Source: an uncultured Gemmatimonadales bacterium
GTDB taxonomy: Bacteria > Gemmatimonadota > Gemmatimonadetes > Gemmatimonadales > GWC2-71-9
Assembly: GCA_963748815.1 (NCBI GenBank)
Contig: CAVVKJ010000014.1
Coordinates: 1 to 64,000, forward strand
DNA: 64,000 nucleotides
Reading direction: 5' to 3'
The notes under the pieces are model-generated. The model was not told the origin of the DNA, made no database searches, and was given only the letters and a program-made list of their open reading frames with translations. The first letter of the stretch is position 1. Each line of letters begins with the position of its first letter. Shown here piece by piece: positions 1 to 9,328 of the stretch. The position numbers and the translations under genes were made by a program.

Positions 1-3
1 GTT

Positions 4-43
4 CCCCCTCTCCACATGGTGGAGAGGGGGTCAGGGGGTGAGG
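4..43. repeat. REP-like palindromic repeat, family C (CCCCCTCTCCAC-N3-GTGGAGAGGGGG + TCAGGGGGTGAGG tail)
   Basis: 12-bp hairpin; 39/40 identical to 49271..49310. Confidence 0.85.
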
Positions 44-65
44 TGAACAGGTCCCGCTACCCCGC

Positions 66-2504
66 CTACTTCGATGTCAGCGCCCCACGAATCGCGTCAT
101 CGACCGTCACCCGCGTTTCCACCTTGAGCCGCTGGGTCAGGGTGGCCGTGCCGGCCGGTCCGCCGACCCGCGCCAGCGTCTGCACGGCGCTCACCGCGAA
201 GAGCGGATCGGGATCGCTGAGATACTTCGTGGCCGTGGCGATGGCCGGCGCCTTGTCGCTCCGCCCGGCCAGGTAGCGAAGCCCCGCCTGCCGCAGGTTG
301 CGCGGGTTGGAGGGATCGGTCAGCGCGATGAGCGCGGCGACGACGTACGGGTCGGGCTGGTTCCTGATCCGGGAGGCCGCCGACTGTCGGATGCCGAGCG
401 GCCACTTCGCCTCCGTGCTGGTCGTCAGCAGCGTGAGGACCTCGAGGTCGGCCGGGTTGAGCACGCCGATCGCCGCCTGCTGGACCGCCGAGTTGGGATC
501 CGTCAGGAGCATCTTGCGCGCCTGCCACTGGACGGTCAGGGAGTCGAAGGCGGCCCACGCCTCGATGGCGGCCGCCCGCACCCCGCTGGACGGGTCCCTC
601 ACCGCCGACTTGACCAGCGGGAGGTCCGCCGGGTTCTTGCGCTGTGCGAGCTGGCCCAGCGCGATTTCCCGCAGCAGCGATTCCCGCTCGTTCAGCACGA
701 TGAACCGCCGCGCGCTGTCGGCCACCGGCGTGGTGTTGCCGGCCAGCGCCCGGAGCGCCCAGTTCCGCGCGCCGTACTCGAGGTCGTGCTTCGCCATGTC
801 CGAGAGCTCGGTCGGGCTCTGGTCGGTGGTGACCGTGCCCAGCAGCCACGCCCCTTCGTCGAACCGGAAGGAGAGCGGCTGCTGCGAGACCGGCAGCGTG
901 AAGGTCTCCGTCTGCTTCGTGACCAGGATCTCCTTCCGCAGCACCGAGTCGGGGGTGATCAGCCGAATGGTGACCGGGAAGCGGAAGAGGGGATGGGTCG
1001 AGTCGATCTTCTGGGTCTGGGTGACCGTCACATGCAGCTGCTTCGCTGCGGCGTCCCAGTGCCGCGTCACGTTCACCTTCGGATACCCGATGCCGTACAC
1101 CCACTGATCGAAGAACCAGTCGAGGTCGCGATTGGCGGTCTGCTCGAAGGCGACGGCGAAGTCCTCGGTCCGGACCGGCTGGTAGGCGTTGTCCTTCAGG
1201 AAGCGCTGCATTCCCGCCCAGAAGAGCGAGTCGCCCAGCAAGCGGCGGAGCTGGTGCGCCACCTGGGCGCCCTTCGGATAGATATGCCCGCTGAAGAAGA
1301 GCTGGATCGGGTCGGCCAGGGTGTCGCCCCAGACCAGCGGGCGTTCCTGGTTCAGGTCGGCGCCCATCGCCTGCCGCTGCTGGCTGTACCACGACTGCTG
1401 GCCGGCGGCCCAGCCCCGGCTCTTCTCGTTCTGGACCGACTCCATGTAGGTGGTCAGCCCCTCGTTGAGCCAGGCGTGCGACCAGGTGGCGGTGGTGGTG
1501 TAGTCGCCGAACCACTGGTGAGCCAGCTCGTGGGCGGCCAGGCCGCGGCCGCTCTCCTCAGGTTCCCCCTCGGCGCCGTGCAGCACCAGGTCGGTCTGCG
1601 TGGTGGCCGACACGTTCTCCATGCCGCCATAGGTGAAATCGGGAATGACCGACTGGCTGTACTTCGGCCAGGGGTAGTTCACGCCGAGGACCTGGGAATA
1701 GATCTCGATCATGGAGGGGGTCTCGCCGAACGTCCGCCAGCCGGCGGGCACGGTGTCCGGCGCGACCCAGTAGTCCACCGGCCGGCCGCGCCACTGGTCG
1801 CGCAGGACGGTGAAGGGCCCGATGACCACCGAATAGAGATAGGTCGAGGCGGGCTGGTCCTGCACCCAGTGCCAGACCTGCCGGCCGCCGGCGGCCGGCG
1901 TCACGGCTTTCAGCGTGCCGTTCGAGAGCACGGACATCCCAGAGTCGGCGGTCACCAGGAATTCCCAGGTCGCCTTGTCGTTCGGGAAGTCGTAGGTCGG
2001 GACCCAGCTCCGGGTCTCGATCGCCTCGCCCTGGGTCCAGACGACATGGCTCCGCGGCACGAAGTAGAGGCCGCGTTCGGGGACGCCGGTGTAGGTCAGC
2101 GTGAACTCGGCCGCGTCGCCGGGCTGCATGCGCCGGGGGAGCCTGACCGTCACGTGGGTCGAATCCGCCTGGAAGCGGAGCTTGCGTCCGGTCGCGTCGG
2201 TGGCGCCGGTGATGGTCAGATGGTCGGCGTCGAGCCGCACGGTGTCGGTGACCGTGGTCAGCGTCACGAGGGTGGTCACCCTGCCGGTGATGGCCAGCCG
2301 CGCCCAGTCGACGCTCAGTTCGATGCGCTGGTTGATGAGGTCGAAGCGCGGCGGCCGCTCCGGCCACTGGACCGGCGGCGTGTAGGCGCCGATGGACTGG
2401 CCGACGACCGTGGCGGGAAGGAGGGCGAGGCTGGCGGCAAGGGCGAGGGAGCAGGGCCGCGGGACGGTGAAGCGGCGGAGGGGAAACCGCATGACATCTC
2501 TCAA
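66..2504 (-). CDS. M1 family aminopeptidase with C-terminal HEAT-like repeats, signal peptide
   Basis: GGMEN exopeptidase motif and HELAH-x18-E (WLNEG) zinc motif; start could be 2492. Confidence 0.9.
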   Translation of the reverse strand: MRDVMRFPLRRFTVPRPCSLALAASLALLPATVVGQSIGAYTPPVQWPERPPRFDLINQRIELSVDWARLAITGRVTTLVTLTTVTDTVRLDADHLTITGATDATGRKLRFQADSTHVTVRLPRRMQPGDAAEFTLTYTGVPERGLYFVPRSHVVWTQGEAIETRSWVPTYDFPNDKATWEFLVTADSGMSVLSNGTLKAVTPAAGGRQVWHWVQDQPASTYLYSVVIGPFTVLRDQWRGRPVDYWVAPDTVPAGWRTFGETPSMIEIYSQVLGVNYPWPKYSQSVIPDFTYGGMENVSATTQTDLVLHGAEGEPEESGRGLAAHELAHQWFGDYTTTATWSHAWLNEGLTTYMESVQNEKSRGWAAGQQSWYSQQRQAMGADLNQERPLVWGDTLADPIQLFFSGHIYPKGAQVAHQLRRLLGDSLFWAGMQRFLKDNAYQPVRTEDFAVAFEQTANRDLDWFFDQWVYGIGYPKVNVTRHWDAAAKQLHVTVTQTQKIDSTHPLFRFPVTIRLITPDSVLRKEILVTKQTETFTLPVSQQPLSFRFDEGAWLLGTVTTDQSPTELSDMAKHDLEYGARNWALRALAGNTTPVADSARRFIVLNERESLLREIALGQLAQRKNPADLPLVKSAVRDPSSGVRAAAIEAWAAFDSLTVQWQARKMLLTDPNSAVQQAAIGVLNPADLEVLTLLTTSTEAKWPLGIRQSAASRIRNQPDPYVVAALIALTDPSNPRNLRQAGLRYLAGRSDKAPAIATATKYLSDPDPLFAVSAVQTLARVGGPAGTATLTQRLKVETRVTVDDAIRGALTSK

Positions 2505-2589
2505 CGTGAGTAGTGACGCATCGCTGTGACAAGGGGGTGAATAGTGCTACCTTGTCAGACGAATTCGCAACCGGAAAGATTCCCCTGAA

Positions 2590-4473
2590 GTGAAACCCGT
2601 CGACATCCTTCGCACCCTTCGCTGGCACCTGCGCCGGCTCGCCGCGCAGGCGCGCCGCACGACGTACGGGCCGGTCAACGCCGCGCAGGGCGTCTGGGAC
2701 GACGTGGTGGACTGGTTCAACGGCCTCGGGTTGAGCGAGAACACCATTCTCCTCGGCTTCGCCGTCGTGATCGGCCTCGCCGCGGCCCTCGGCGTCATCG
2801 GGTTCTACAAGTTGATCGACCTCGCGCACCTGGTCTTCTTCAGCTGGCCCGAGTCGTACCTCCCGGAGCTCGGGCAGCTGGCGTACCGTCCGATCCTGAC
2901 CGGTGTCGGCGCGGTCGCCGCCTGGTGGACGATGCGGCGCTTTGCGCCGGGGCAGAAGGGGCTGACCATCCCCGACGTCCAGCTCGCGGTGGTGCGGCGG
3001 CAGGGGGTCATCCCCAGCCGCGCGGTGATGGTGCGGACGGCGGCGAGCGCCATCACGATCGGGAGCGGCGGCTCGGCGGGGGCGGAGGGCCCGATCGCCG
3101 TCTTCGGCGCCGCCGTCGGCTCCCGGCTGGGGCGCTCGTTCCGCTTCTCCGGCAACCGGACCATCATCCTGGTCGGCGCCGGGGCCGCGGCCGGCATTTC
3201 CGCGGCGTTCAACGCGCCACTGGCCGGCGCCTTCTTCGCGCTCGAGGAAATCCTCGGGTCGTTCAGCATCGCCGCCTTTGCGCCGGTCGTCGTCAGCAGC
3301 GTCGTGGCCGCCGTCGTCTCCCGCTCCGTGTTCGGCAACCATCCCGTCTTTCCGGTGCCCTTCGAGCAGGGCTACGGCCTGACCCGCGAGGTCGTCCTCT
3401 TCTACCCGTTGCTGGGGCTCGTCGCGGGCCTCGCCTCCGTGGCCTTCGTCCGCTTCTACTTCGGCGTCGACACCTGGGCGGAACGATTCCGGCGGCGGAT
3501 GCCGGTCCTGCTGGCCCTCGCGGGCGGGGCCGCCGTCGGCGGACTGGCGTTCTTCTCCAGCGGACTGCTCGTCGGCTTCGGGCACCTGGCCATTCCGCTC
3601 GACCGCTTCGACGACCTGGCCTGGTATCTCCTCGTCGCGCTGGCCGGGATGAAGATCCTCGCCACCTCCATCACCCTCAATACCGGCGGGTCGGGCGGGC
3701 TGTTCACCCCCTCGCTCTACGTCGGCGCCACCGCCGGCGCGGCGTTCGGCGCCGTGCTGATCGTCCTCTTTCCCGGGCTCAACCTGACGGTCGAACCCTA
3801 CGCGCTGGTGGGGATGGGCGCGGTGGTGGCGGCGGCGCTCGACGCGCCGATGACCGGCATCCTGATGGTCTGGGAGATGACCGACAACTCCGCCATCATG
3901 CTGCCGCTGATGCTGGCGGTGGTGGTGAGCCACTTCGTGGCCCGGCGGCTGGAGCGCGACTCGCTCTACAGCGGATGGCTGCGCCGCCAGGGTGAACACA
4001 TCGTGCACGGGACCGACCGCGACGTGCTCGCGAGCCTGCGCGTGGCGGAGGCGTACCACCGGAAGCCGATCGTCATCGAGGAACGCACGCTCGCGACGCA
4101 GTTCCTGAGTCACCTCGGCGCCGGGACCCAGGACGTCTTTCCGGTGGTGACCGAGTACGGTGAACTGAGCGGTGTGCTGACGATCGCCGACCTGGCCCGC
4201 ATCGCGAACGAGCCGCGGGAACTCCACCAGATCCTGGTCGCCGCGGAGGCGGCGCAGCCGACGGAGTCCGTGGCGCCGGAGGACTCCCTGCTGGAAGCGA
4301 CGCGCCGGATGGGGGCGCGCGGCGCCGCCGCGCTGCCGGTCGTGGACCCGGAGTCGGGGCGCTTCGTCGGTCTGCTGCGGCGCAGCGATGTGCTGAGCCT
4401 CTATGGGAGAATCCTGGCGGGAGCACCGGAGGCAGGCGGGGCGGCGGGGGCCGCGGGGCAGGGGGGCGAGTAG
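2590..4473 (+). CDS. ClC-family chloride channel/antiporter with CBS pair
   Basis: GAEGP, FNAPLAG..FALEE and GGLFTP motifs, multiple TM helices, C-terminal CBS-like repeats (LPVVD...VGLL). Confidence 0.9.
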   Translation: MKPVDILRTLRWHLRRLAAQARRTTYGPVNAAQGVWDDVVDWFNGLGLSENTILLGFAVVIGLAAALGVIGFYKLIDLAHLVFFSWPESYLPELGQLAYRPILTGVGAVAAWWTMRRFAPGQKGLTIPDVQLAVVRRQGVIPSRAVMVRTAASAITIGSGGSAGAEGPIAVFGAAVGSRLGRSFRFSGNRTIILVGAGAAAGISAAFNAPLAGAFFALEEILGSFSIAAFAPVVVSSVVAAVVSRSVFGNHPVFPVPFEQGYGLTREVVLFYPLLGLVAGLASVAFVRFYFGVDTWAERFRRRMPVLLALAGGAAVGGLAFFSSGLLVGFGHLAIPLDRFDDLAWYLLVALAGMKILATSITLNTGGSGGLFTPSLYVGATAGAAFGAVLIVLFPGLNLTVEPYALVGMGAVVAAALDAPMTGILMVWEMTDNSAIMLPLMLAVVVSHFVARRLERDSLYSGWLRRQGEHIVHGTDRDVLASLRVAEAYHRKPIVIEERTLATQFLSHLGAGTQDVFPVVTEYGELSGVLTIADLARIANEPRELHQILVAAEAAQPTESVAPEDSLLEATRRMGARGAAALPVVDPESGRFVGLLRRSDVLSLYGRILAGAPEAGGAAGAAGQGGE

Positions 4474-4477
4474 GTTC

Positions 4478-4504
4478 GTCATTCCCGCGAAAGCGGGAAT
4501 CCAG
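4478..4504 (+). repeat. REP-like hairpin, family A (GTCATTCCCGCGAAAGCGGGAATCCAG)
   Basis: 8-bp stem with GAAA loop, GTCA head and TCCAG tail; related copies at 4909, 6977, 31588, 31625 and 49033. Confidence 0.9.
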
Positions 4505-4809
4505 TTAGCAGATCGTTGCGGATAGAGATCCCGCCACTCCGGGTTGTTCTTCTCGACGAGTTCCAGCTTCCACCGCCGGTTCCACTTCTTGATCGCCTTT
4601 TCTCGGCTGATGGCAGAGGCCATTGACGGGTGGGGCTCATAGCCAGACCAGGTGCGACACGAAATGCCGGCTGACGTGAAACCTGGAGTCGGTGGTAGTT
4701 AGTTCCCAAATTCGTCTGACGAGGTTGGATGTGACGCCGACGCTACAACGTGCCGGTTGCGTTGGCTTGCGAGGATGTAAACGCAGGGTTGTGATTCAGC
4801 GAGCGCCAC
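4505..4809 (-). pseudogene. GIY-YIG nuclease (small stand-alone type), several frameshifts
   Basis: Joining frames by hand gives QPCVYILASQRNGTLYVGVTSNLVRRIWE...PGFT...LVWYEPHPSMASAISREKAIKKWNRRWKLELVEKNNPEWRDLY; may be a true pseudogene or a poorly polished consensus. Confidence 0.85.
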
Positions 4810-4908
4810 CGGGATCAGAGGGCCTCGCCACTTGCCTGGGCTGAGCTGATCGGACACAACAATCTCGGTGGCAGGACATGGTCAAGCGGATCACCGAATT
4901 CACGCAGG

Positions 4909-4935
4909 CTGGACCCCGGCTTTCGCCGGGGTGAC
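4909..4935 (-). repeat. REP-like hairpin, family A (GTCACCCCGGCGAAAGCCGGGGTCCAG on minus)
   Basis: Same head, tail and loop as 4478..4504 with compensatory stem changes; inverted orientation. Confidence 0.9.
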
Positions 4936-4951
4936 AGCCAACGATATTCGG

Positions 4952-5058
4952 CCCCGCTTCCCCGCTTCCCCGCTTCCCCGCTTCCCCGCTTCCCCGCTTC
5001 CCCGCTTCCCCGCTTCCCCGCTGCTCCGCTGCCCCGTTTCCCGCTTCCCCGCTTCCCC
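4952..5058. repeat. Tandem octamer (CCCCGCTT)x8 plus about 5 degenerate units
   Basis: Read directly; the G-rich strand begins right after the stop codon of the antiporter gene. Confidence 0.95.
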
Positions 5059-6342
5059 CTACGTCTGATCCGTCGCGCTGGGTGGGGCCGATTCGGGCGC
5101 CGACGCGGGGGGCGGGGCCATCTCGGTGAGTGCCGCCGTCGCGCCGCCCCGCCATTCCGGTCCCGACGCGCCGAAGCCGCTGTCCGGCGGCGGCGCGATC
5201 GGATCGAGGTGCAGGGTGGAGTAGTCGATGGCCGGCACCCGCAGGATCAGCCCCGGCAGGAGGGTGATGAGGGTCGTATAGAGGACGAGGGCGCCGAGCA
5301 GGGTCGGCGTCACCCCAGGGCGGCCGCGCAGGATATCCACGATGACCAGCGTGAAGACGAGGGTGGGAAGCAGCGCCACGCCGATGCGGAGGCTCGTCTT
5401 CGGCCGTTCGCGCAGCGCCACCCAGCGGTGCAGCATGACCTCGCCGAGCCGGAGCGAGGCGAAGATGACCAGGAGCGCCACCCCGATGCCCAGCACGACC
5501 CAGTTCAGGTCGTTGGCGCTGATGTACCCGCCGGCATGGAAGAAATAGAAGGGGACGAAGAACGACGCGAACGCCTCGACCGCGCCGAGCATCCGCTCCG
5601 ACGACATGGCGGGGAGGCGGGCGCGAAACTGCCGGGCGGACAGCCCGACGACGAAGGCGCCCACCAGGTAGTACACGCCGAGCCGGCGGGTGGCGGAGGC
5701 GGCGACCACCGCCACCATCAGGAGGAAGGCGAACTCGGAGCGCGGGGCGAACGGCGCGATCCGGCCGGCAAACCACCGGAAGACCGGCGGCAGCATCACG
5801 ATCAGGGCCAGCATGGCGAGCACGCTGAGCCCGAGTTGTTCCGGCGAGGTGGACTGGAGCGCCAGGAACATCACGCTCAGGGCCAGCAGCTCGGAGGCGA
5901 TGGCTTTCGACTTGGTCCAGCGTTTCTCGCTGTCGGAGAGCCCGAAGAGGTCGAGCGAGTCGAGGATGAAGCCGGTGGAGGGGGTGATGAGCGCCAGGGC
6001 CACGAGCGACGCCTCGCGGGTGGCCAGCGAAAAGATCCACGAGGCCGCGGTGGTGAGCAGCGCGAGCGTGGCGGCCCAGATGGCAAGGTGCTGGCCCAGG
6101 ACGCGGGCGTCCGGCTTCAGCGCCTCGAGGTCGACGTCGAGCCCGGCGAAGAGGAAGAGCGCCACGATGCCGAAGGTGGACATCAGGGCGATCGTCTCGT
6201 CGTGCTGAAAGAGGCCGAGGGCCGTGGCGGCGACGCCGAGGGCCAGTGCCGTCACCGCCCCCGGCAGCCGGTAGCGCTGGAGGAACCGCGGGACGACGAA
6301 CAGGACGAACAGCAGCAGGACGTACGAAAGATCTTGCGGCAC
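5059..6342 (-). CDS. Cation:proton antiporter (CPA2/Kef-like membrane domain)
   Basis: About 12 hydrophobic segments; LFLFAGLDVD and VGAFVVG...FFVPFYFFHAG motifs. Confidence 0.8.
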   Translation of the reverse strand: MPQDLSYVLLLFVLFVVPRFLQRYRLPGAVTALALGVAATALGLFQHDETIALMSTFGIVALFLFAGLDVDLEALKPDARVLGQHLAIWAATLALLTTAASWIFSLATREASLVALALITPSTGFILDSLDLFGLSDSEKRWTKSKAIASELLALSVMFLALQSTSPEQLGLSVLAMLALIVMLPPVFRWFAGRIAPFAPRSEFAFLLMVAVVAASATRRLGVYYLVGAFVVGLSARQFRARLPAMSSERMLGAVEAFASFFVPFYFFHAGGYISANDLNWVVLGIGVALLVIFASLRLGEVMLHRWVALRERPKTSLRIGVALLPTLVFTLVIVDILRGRPGVTPTLLGALVLYTTLITLLPGLILRVPAIDYSTLHLDPIAPPPDSGFGASGPEWRGGATAALTEMAPPPASAPESAPPSATDQT

Positions 6343-6348
6343 GGCGGC

Positions 6349-6941
6349 TCAGGGCACGCGGGGCAGGGACTTCATCACCTCGGCGACGACCGAGTTGATC
6401 CGCGCCTGGTCCGGCGCCGTGCTCTTCGGTTGGCGCTCCAGCGTGCCGCGCCAGGCCGTCCGCCCCGCCTTCTCATCCACCAGCGACGCTTCAAACGTCA
6501 CGTTCTGGACCTGATCCGGCGGCGGAAGCGACGACAGCTGGGTGTCCTGCGTCCTGCCGTACCCGTTGCCGATGCCCTGGATCGGCGGTCCGCTGACTCC
6601 GCCCCCGGTGGGGGCGTACTGGGCCGTGGTCTGCACCCCGAGGAAGAAGCGCGCCACGAACATCGCCGGCTGGCCGCTGTCGACGACGGTGTACCCCTTC
6701 GCCCTGAACTGGGCCGTGAGCGCCCGCGCGATCATGTGACGGATGCTGTCGTTCGACACGTTGGGGTACACGTCCGGCCCGGCCCGCGAGCCTGCTATGG
6801 GGAGGGTCACGGTGGCGCCGCCGGGGATGGGGACCGCGTCGTTGCGCTCCGAGGTGGTGCTGGCGCTGCACGCGGTCATGCCCAGGAGGGCGACGAGAGT
6901 CGCCGCCGGTCGGGTTCGATTCGTGGGGCGAGTCTGGACAT
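6349..6941 (-). CDS. DUF4136-like lipoprotein (probable frameshift within the signal peptide)
   Basis: Lipobox-like LLGMTAC; C-terminal LVDEKAGRTAWRG; paralog of 7043..7666; RBS+ATG at 6941 is out of frame with the ORF starting at 6879. Confidence 0.65.
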
Positions 6942-6976
6942 CGCTTCATCCTCACCGGAATGAGGCTCGTGCTGGA

Positions 6977-7003
6977 CTGGACCCCGGCGTTCGCCGGGGT
7001 GAC
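6977..7003 (-). repeat. REP-like hairpin, family A
   Basis: GTCACCCCGGCGAACGCCGGGGTCCAG on minus; followed by octamer tract 7017..7042. Confidence 0.9.
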
Positions 7004-7042
7004 GAATTTCGATTGGCTTCCCCGCTTCCCCGCTGCCCCGCC

Positions 7043-7666
7043 TTACTGCGGCACCTTCGGCAGCGTGCTGAAGATCGAGGTCGCCAGGGAGTTGAGCTTG
7101 GAGTCGCTGGGCGGTGAGCTCGAAGCCTCGCCGTTGTAGATGCCGCGCCAGGCCACCTTCCCGCTCGACACCTCGACCAGGTCCACGACGAACGAGACGT
7201 TGCTGTTGGTGACCGGGGTCGTCGTGCTGACGCCGTAGCCGCCGTAGCCGTACCCGTACCCGTAGCCATAGCCGTAGCCGTAGGGTCCGTAGCCGCCGTA
7301 GTAGGGGCCGCCCACGCCGACGCCGGTGGTGGTGGTCACGTACGAGGTGCTCTGCTTGACCCCGACGTAATAGCGGATGTTGAAGAGCCCGGTCGCGGTG
7401 CTGTCGACGACGGTGTAGCCCTTCTTCTGCAGCTGGGTCTGGATGGCCGCCTGGATGCGGGCGTGCATGATGTCGTTCGACACGGCCGGGTTGACCTGGG
7501 TGTTCCCTTCGGCGGTCCCGCCAACGAACGCGACCGTGGCGGCGGCCGGGATCGGGATGGCGCTGTTCCGCTCGGAGGTGATGCTCGGCGGGGAGCAGGC
7601 CGCCAGGAACACGCCGGCGGCGAGGGCGGGGCCATAGTGGCGGATGCGGGCGACGGACAGGGTCAT
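7043..7666 (-). CDS. DUF4136-like lipoprotein with Gly/Tyr-rich loop
   Basis: Lipobox FLAAC; LQKKGY; VVDLVEVSSGKVAWRG; GAGG RBS before ATG 7666. Confidence 0.75.
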   Translation of the reverse strand: MTLSVARIRHYGPALAAGVFLAACSPPSITSERNSAIPIPAAATVAFVGGTAEGNTQVNPAVSNDIMHARIQAAIQTQLQKKGYTVVDSTATGLFNIRYYVGVKQSTSYVTTTTGVGVGGPYYGGYGPYGYGYGYGYGYGYGGYGVSTTTPVTNSNVSFVVDLVEVSSGKVAWRGIYNGEASSSPPSDSKLNSLATSIFSTLPKVPQ

Positions 7667-7765
7667 GACGAGCACCTCGAGGGGGGGCGACTGGGGCACC
7701 AGGGGAGCTGGCGACAATCTGGAAAAATAGCCCCGTCGCGGCCCTTTGGCACCCCGGACGCGCGA

Positions 7766-7794
7766 TTGACAGCCCCGGTACCCCCGTCTATCCT
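7766..7794 (+). promoter_or_regulatory. sigma70-type promoter
   Basis: TTGACA-N17-TATCCT. Confidence 0.7.
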
Positions 7795-7937
7795 TGTGCC
7801 CGCAGCGCACGGCAGGTCCCCCCCCGCTGGTTCGCATGCCCGAGTCCCCCTGACTCTGTGTTCCAACCCTTTCGACCCCGCGCCCGTGGCGGGGGCTGTG
7901 GCATTGCCACGCACCACCCATTGACACCGGAGTGCAC

Positions 7938-9135
7938 GTGAAGCTGACCCACCGCTCGACCTCGCCGGCGCGCGCCCTGCGCTCGCTCGTTCTCCTCGGC
8001 CTGCTGGCCGGCACCGTCGCCGCCTGCAGCGACGACACCACCGACCCGACGCCGATCCCGGGCGCGACCCTGACCATCGTGCCGAACCTCCGCGCCGAGG
8101 ACATCAGCGCCGACGGCAGCACGGTCCTCCTCAGCGACTTCGCCTCCCCCACCGCCGATTTCTACTTCTACGACGTCGCCGCGGGCACCACGACCCTGAA
8201 GGGGTCGGCCGGCGACGGGTTGTGGGACTTCACCACCGGCATCTCCAACGGGCTGCGCGTCAGCGCCATCCACGGCAAGCCGGAGAATGCCGGCCTCTGG
8301 CAGGAAGGCGCCGGCTGGCAGGACCTGGGCAGCATCCACATGGACGGCTGCGAGTTCGATTCGGAAACCGGTGCCCAGGACCTGAGCAGCGGCTGGGACA
8401 TCGACTCCGCCGGCCACACCACGGTTGGGCTGGTCTGGAACCTCTGCAACGCGGAAGCGTTCCTGTGGACCGACGCGTCTGGCGCCGGCAACTTCGTCGC
8501 GCTGGACCTGATCGGCGACGCCGACACGTTGCAGCGGCAATCCGGCCGAGCAACCGCGCCACCGTCATCTCCGATGACGGCACGATGGTCGGCGGCTTCG
8601 CCTCGCAGTACGCGAATGTCGGCGGCTACACCTACTGGATCGACCGCCGCCCGGCCATCTGGACCGTCGACCGGCGTCGGCTCGTTCGTCCCCTCGAACG
8701 GCGTCTTCACCGACGACAGCCCGGGCGAAGTGCTCGCCATTTCCGGCAACGGCCTGGTCGTGACCGGCGTCTGGAACCAGATGCCGTTCATCTGGAGCTC
8801 GGCGCTCGGCACCATCAACGTCGCCTCGGGCACCTACGAGGGGTACTTCGGGTACGGCCAGGCGACGGCCCTCAACGGCCAGGTCGTCTACGGCACCATG
8901 ACCGAGGGCTTCTTCGGCACGCCGTTCCCCTTCTTCTGGACCCAGGCGGGCGGCGTGAAGTCGATCCTCGACATCGCCACCGAGAACGGCATCACGCTGC
9001 CGGAGAACTACTGGTGGCAGTCGGTCGTGGCCGCCTCGGCGGACGGCACCATCATCGTCGGCACGGCGTACGACGAGACCTTCAACTACAACACGCTACG
9101 TGCTGAAGGTCCCGGCCTCGATCTACGGCCTCTAG
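7938..9135 (+). CDS. Secreted lipoprotein with HAF-like/beta-propeller repeats (about 3 frameshifts)
   Basis: Lipobox VAAC; repeats ISADGS, ISDDGT, ISGNG, ASADGT; frames switch near 8530, 8670 and 9095; ends YVLKVPASIYGL-TAG. Confidence 0.65.
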
Positions 9136-9161
9136 CACCGACCGGCAGCCCCTGGCTGCAG

Positions 9162-9200
9162 CGGCCGTCGGTGCGCGGAACTCTCGCGCACCGACGGCCG
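9162..9200. terminator. 16-bp perfect stem-loop after the lipoprotein gene
   Basis: CGGCCGTCGGTGCGCG-N7-CGCGCACCGACGGCCG; weak U-tract. Confidence 0.55.
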
Positions 9201-9328
9201 TGTCGCATCCATGCTGTTCCTGAACGCATCACTGACACCGCGAGGAGATTGACTACGTACAGAAGGAGTTCCCGCAGCCCGGCCCTGCTGCCCCGCTGCC
9301 CCGCTGCCCCCCCTAGCTTTCGGATCCC

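Noticed and set aside
4952..5058. Possible CRISPR array
   Set aside because: Contiguous 8-bp units with no unique spacers, and no cas genes in the window.
9201..9285. Lower-GC stretch that might be a gene remnant or sRNA
   Set aside because: Too short; no recognisable motif or stable structure by eye.
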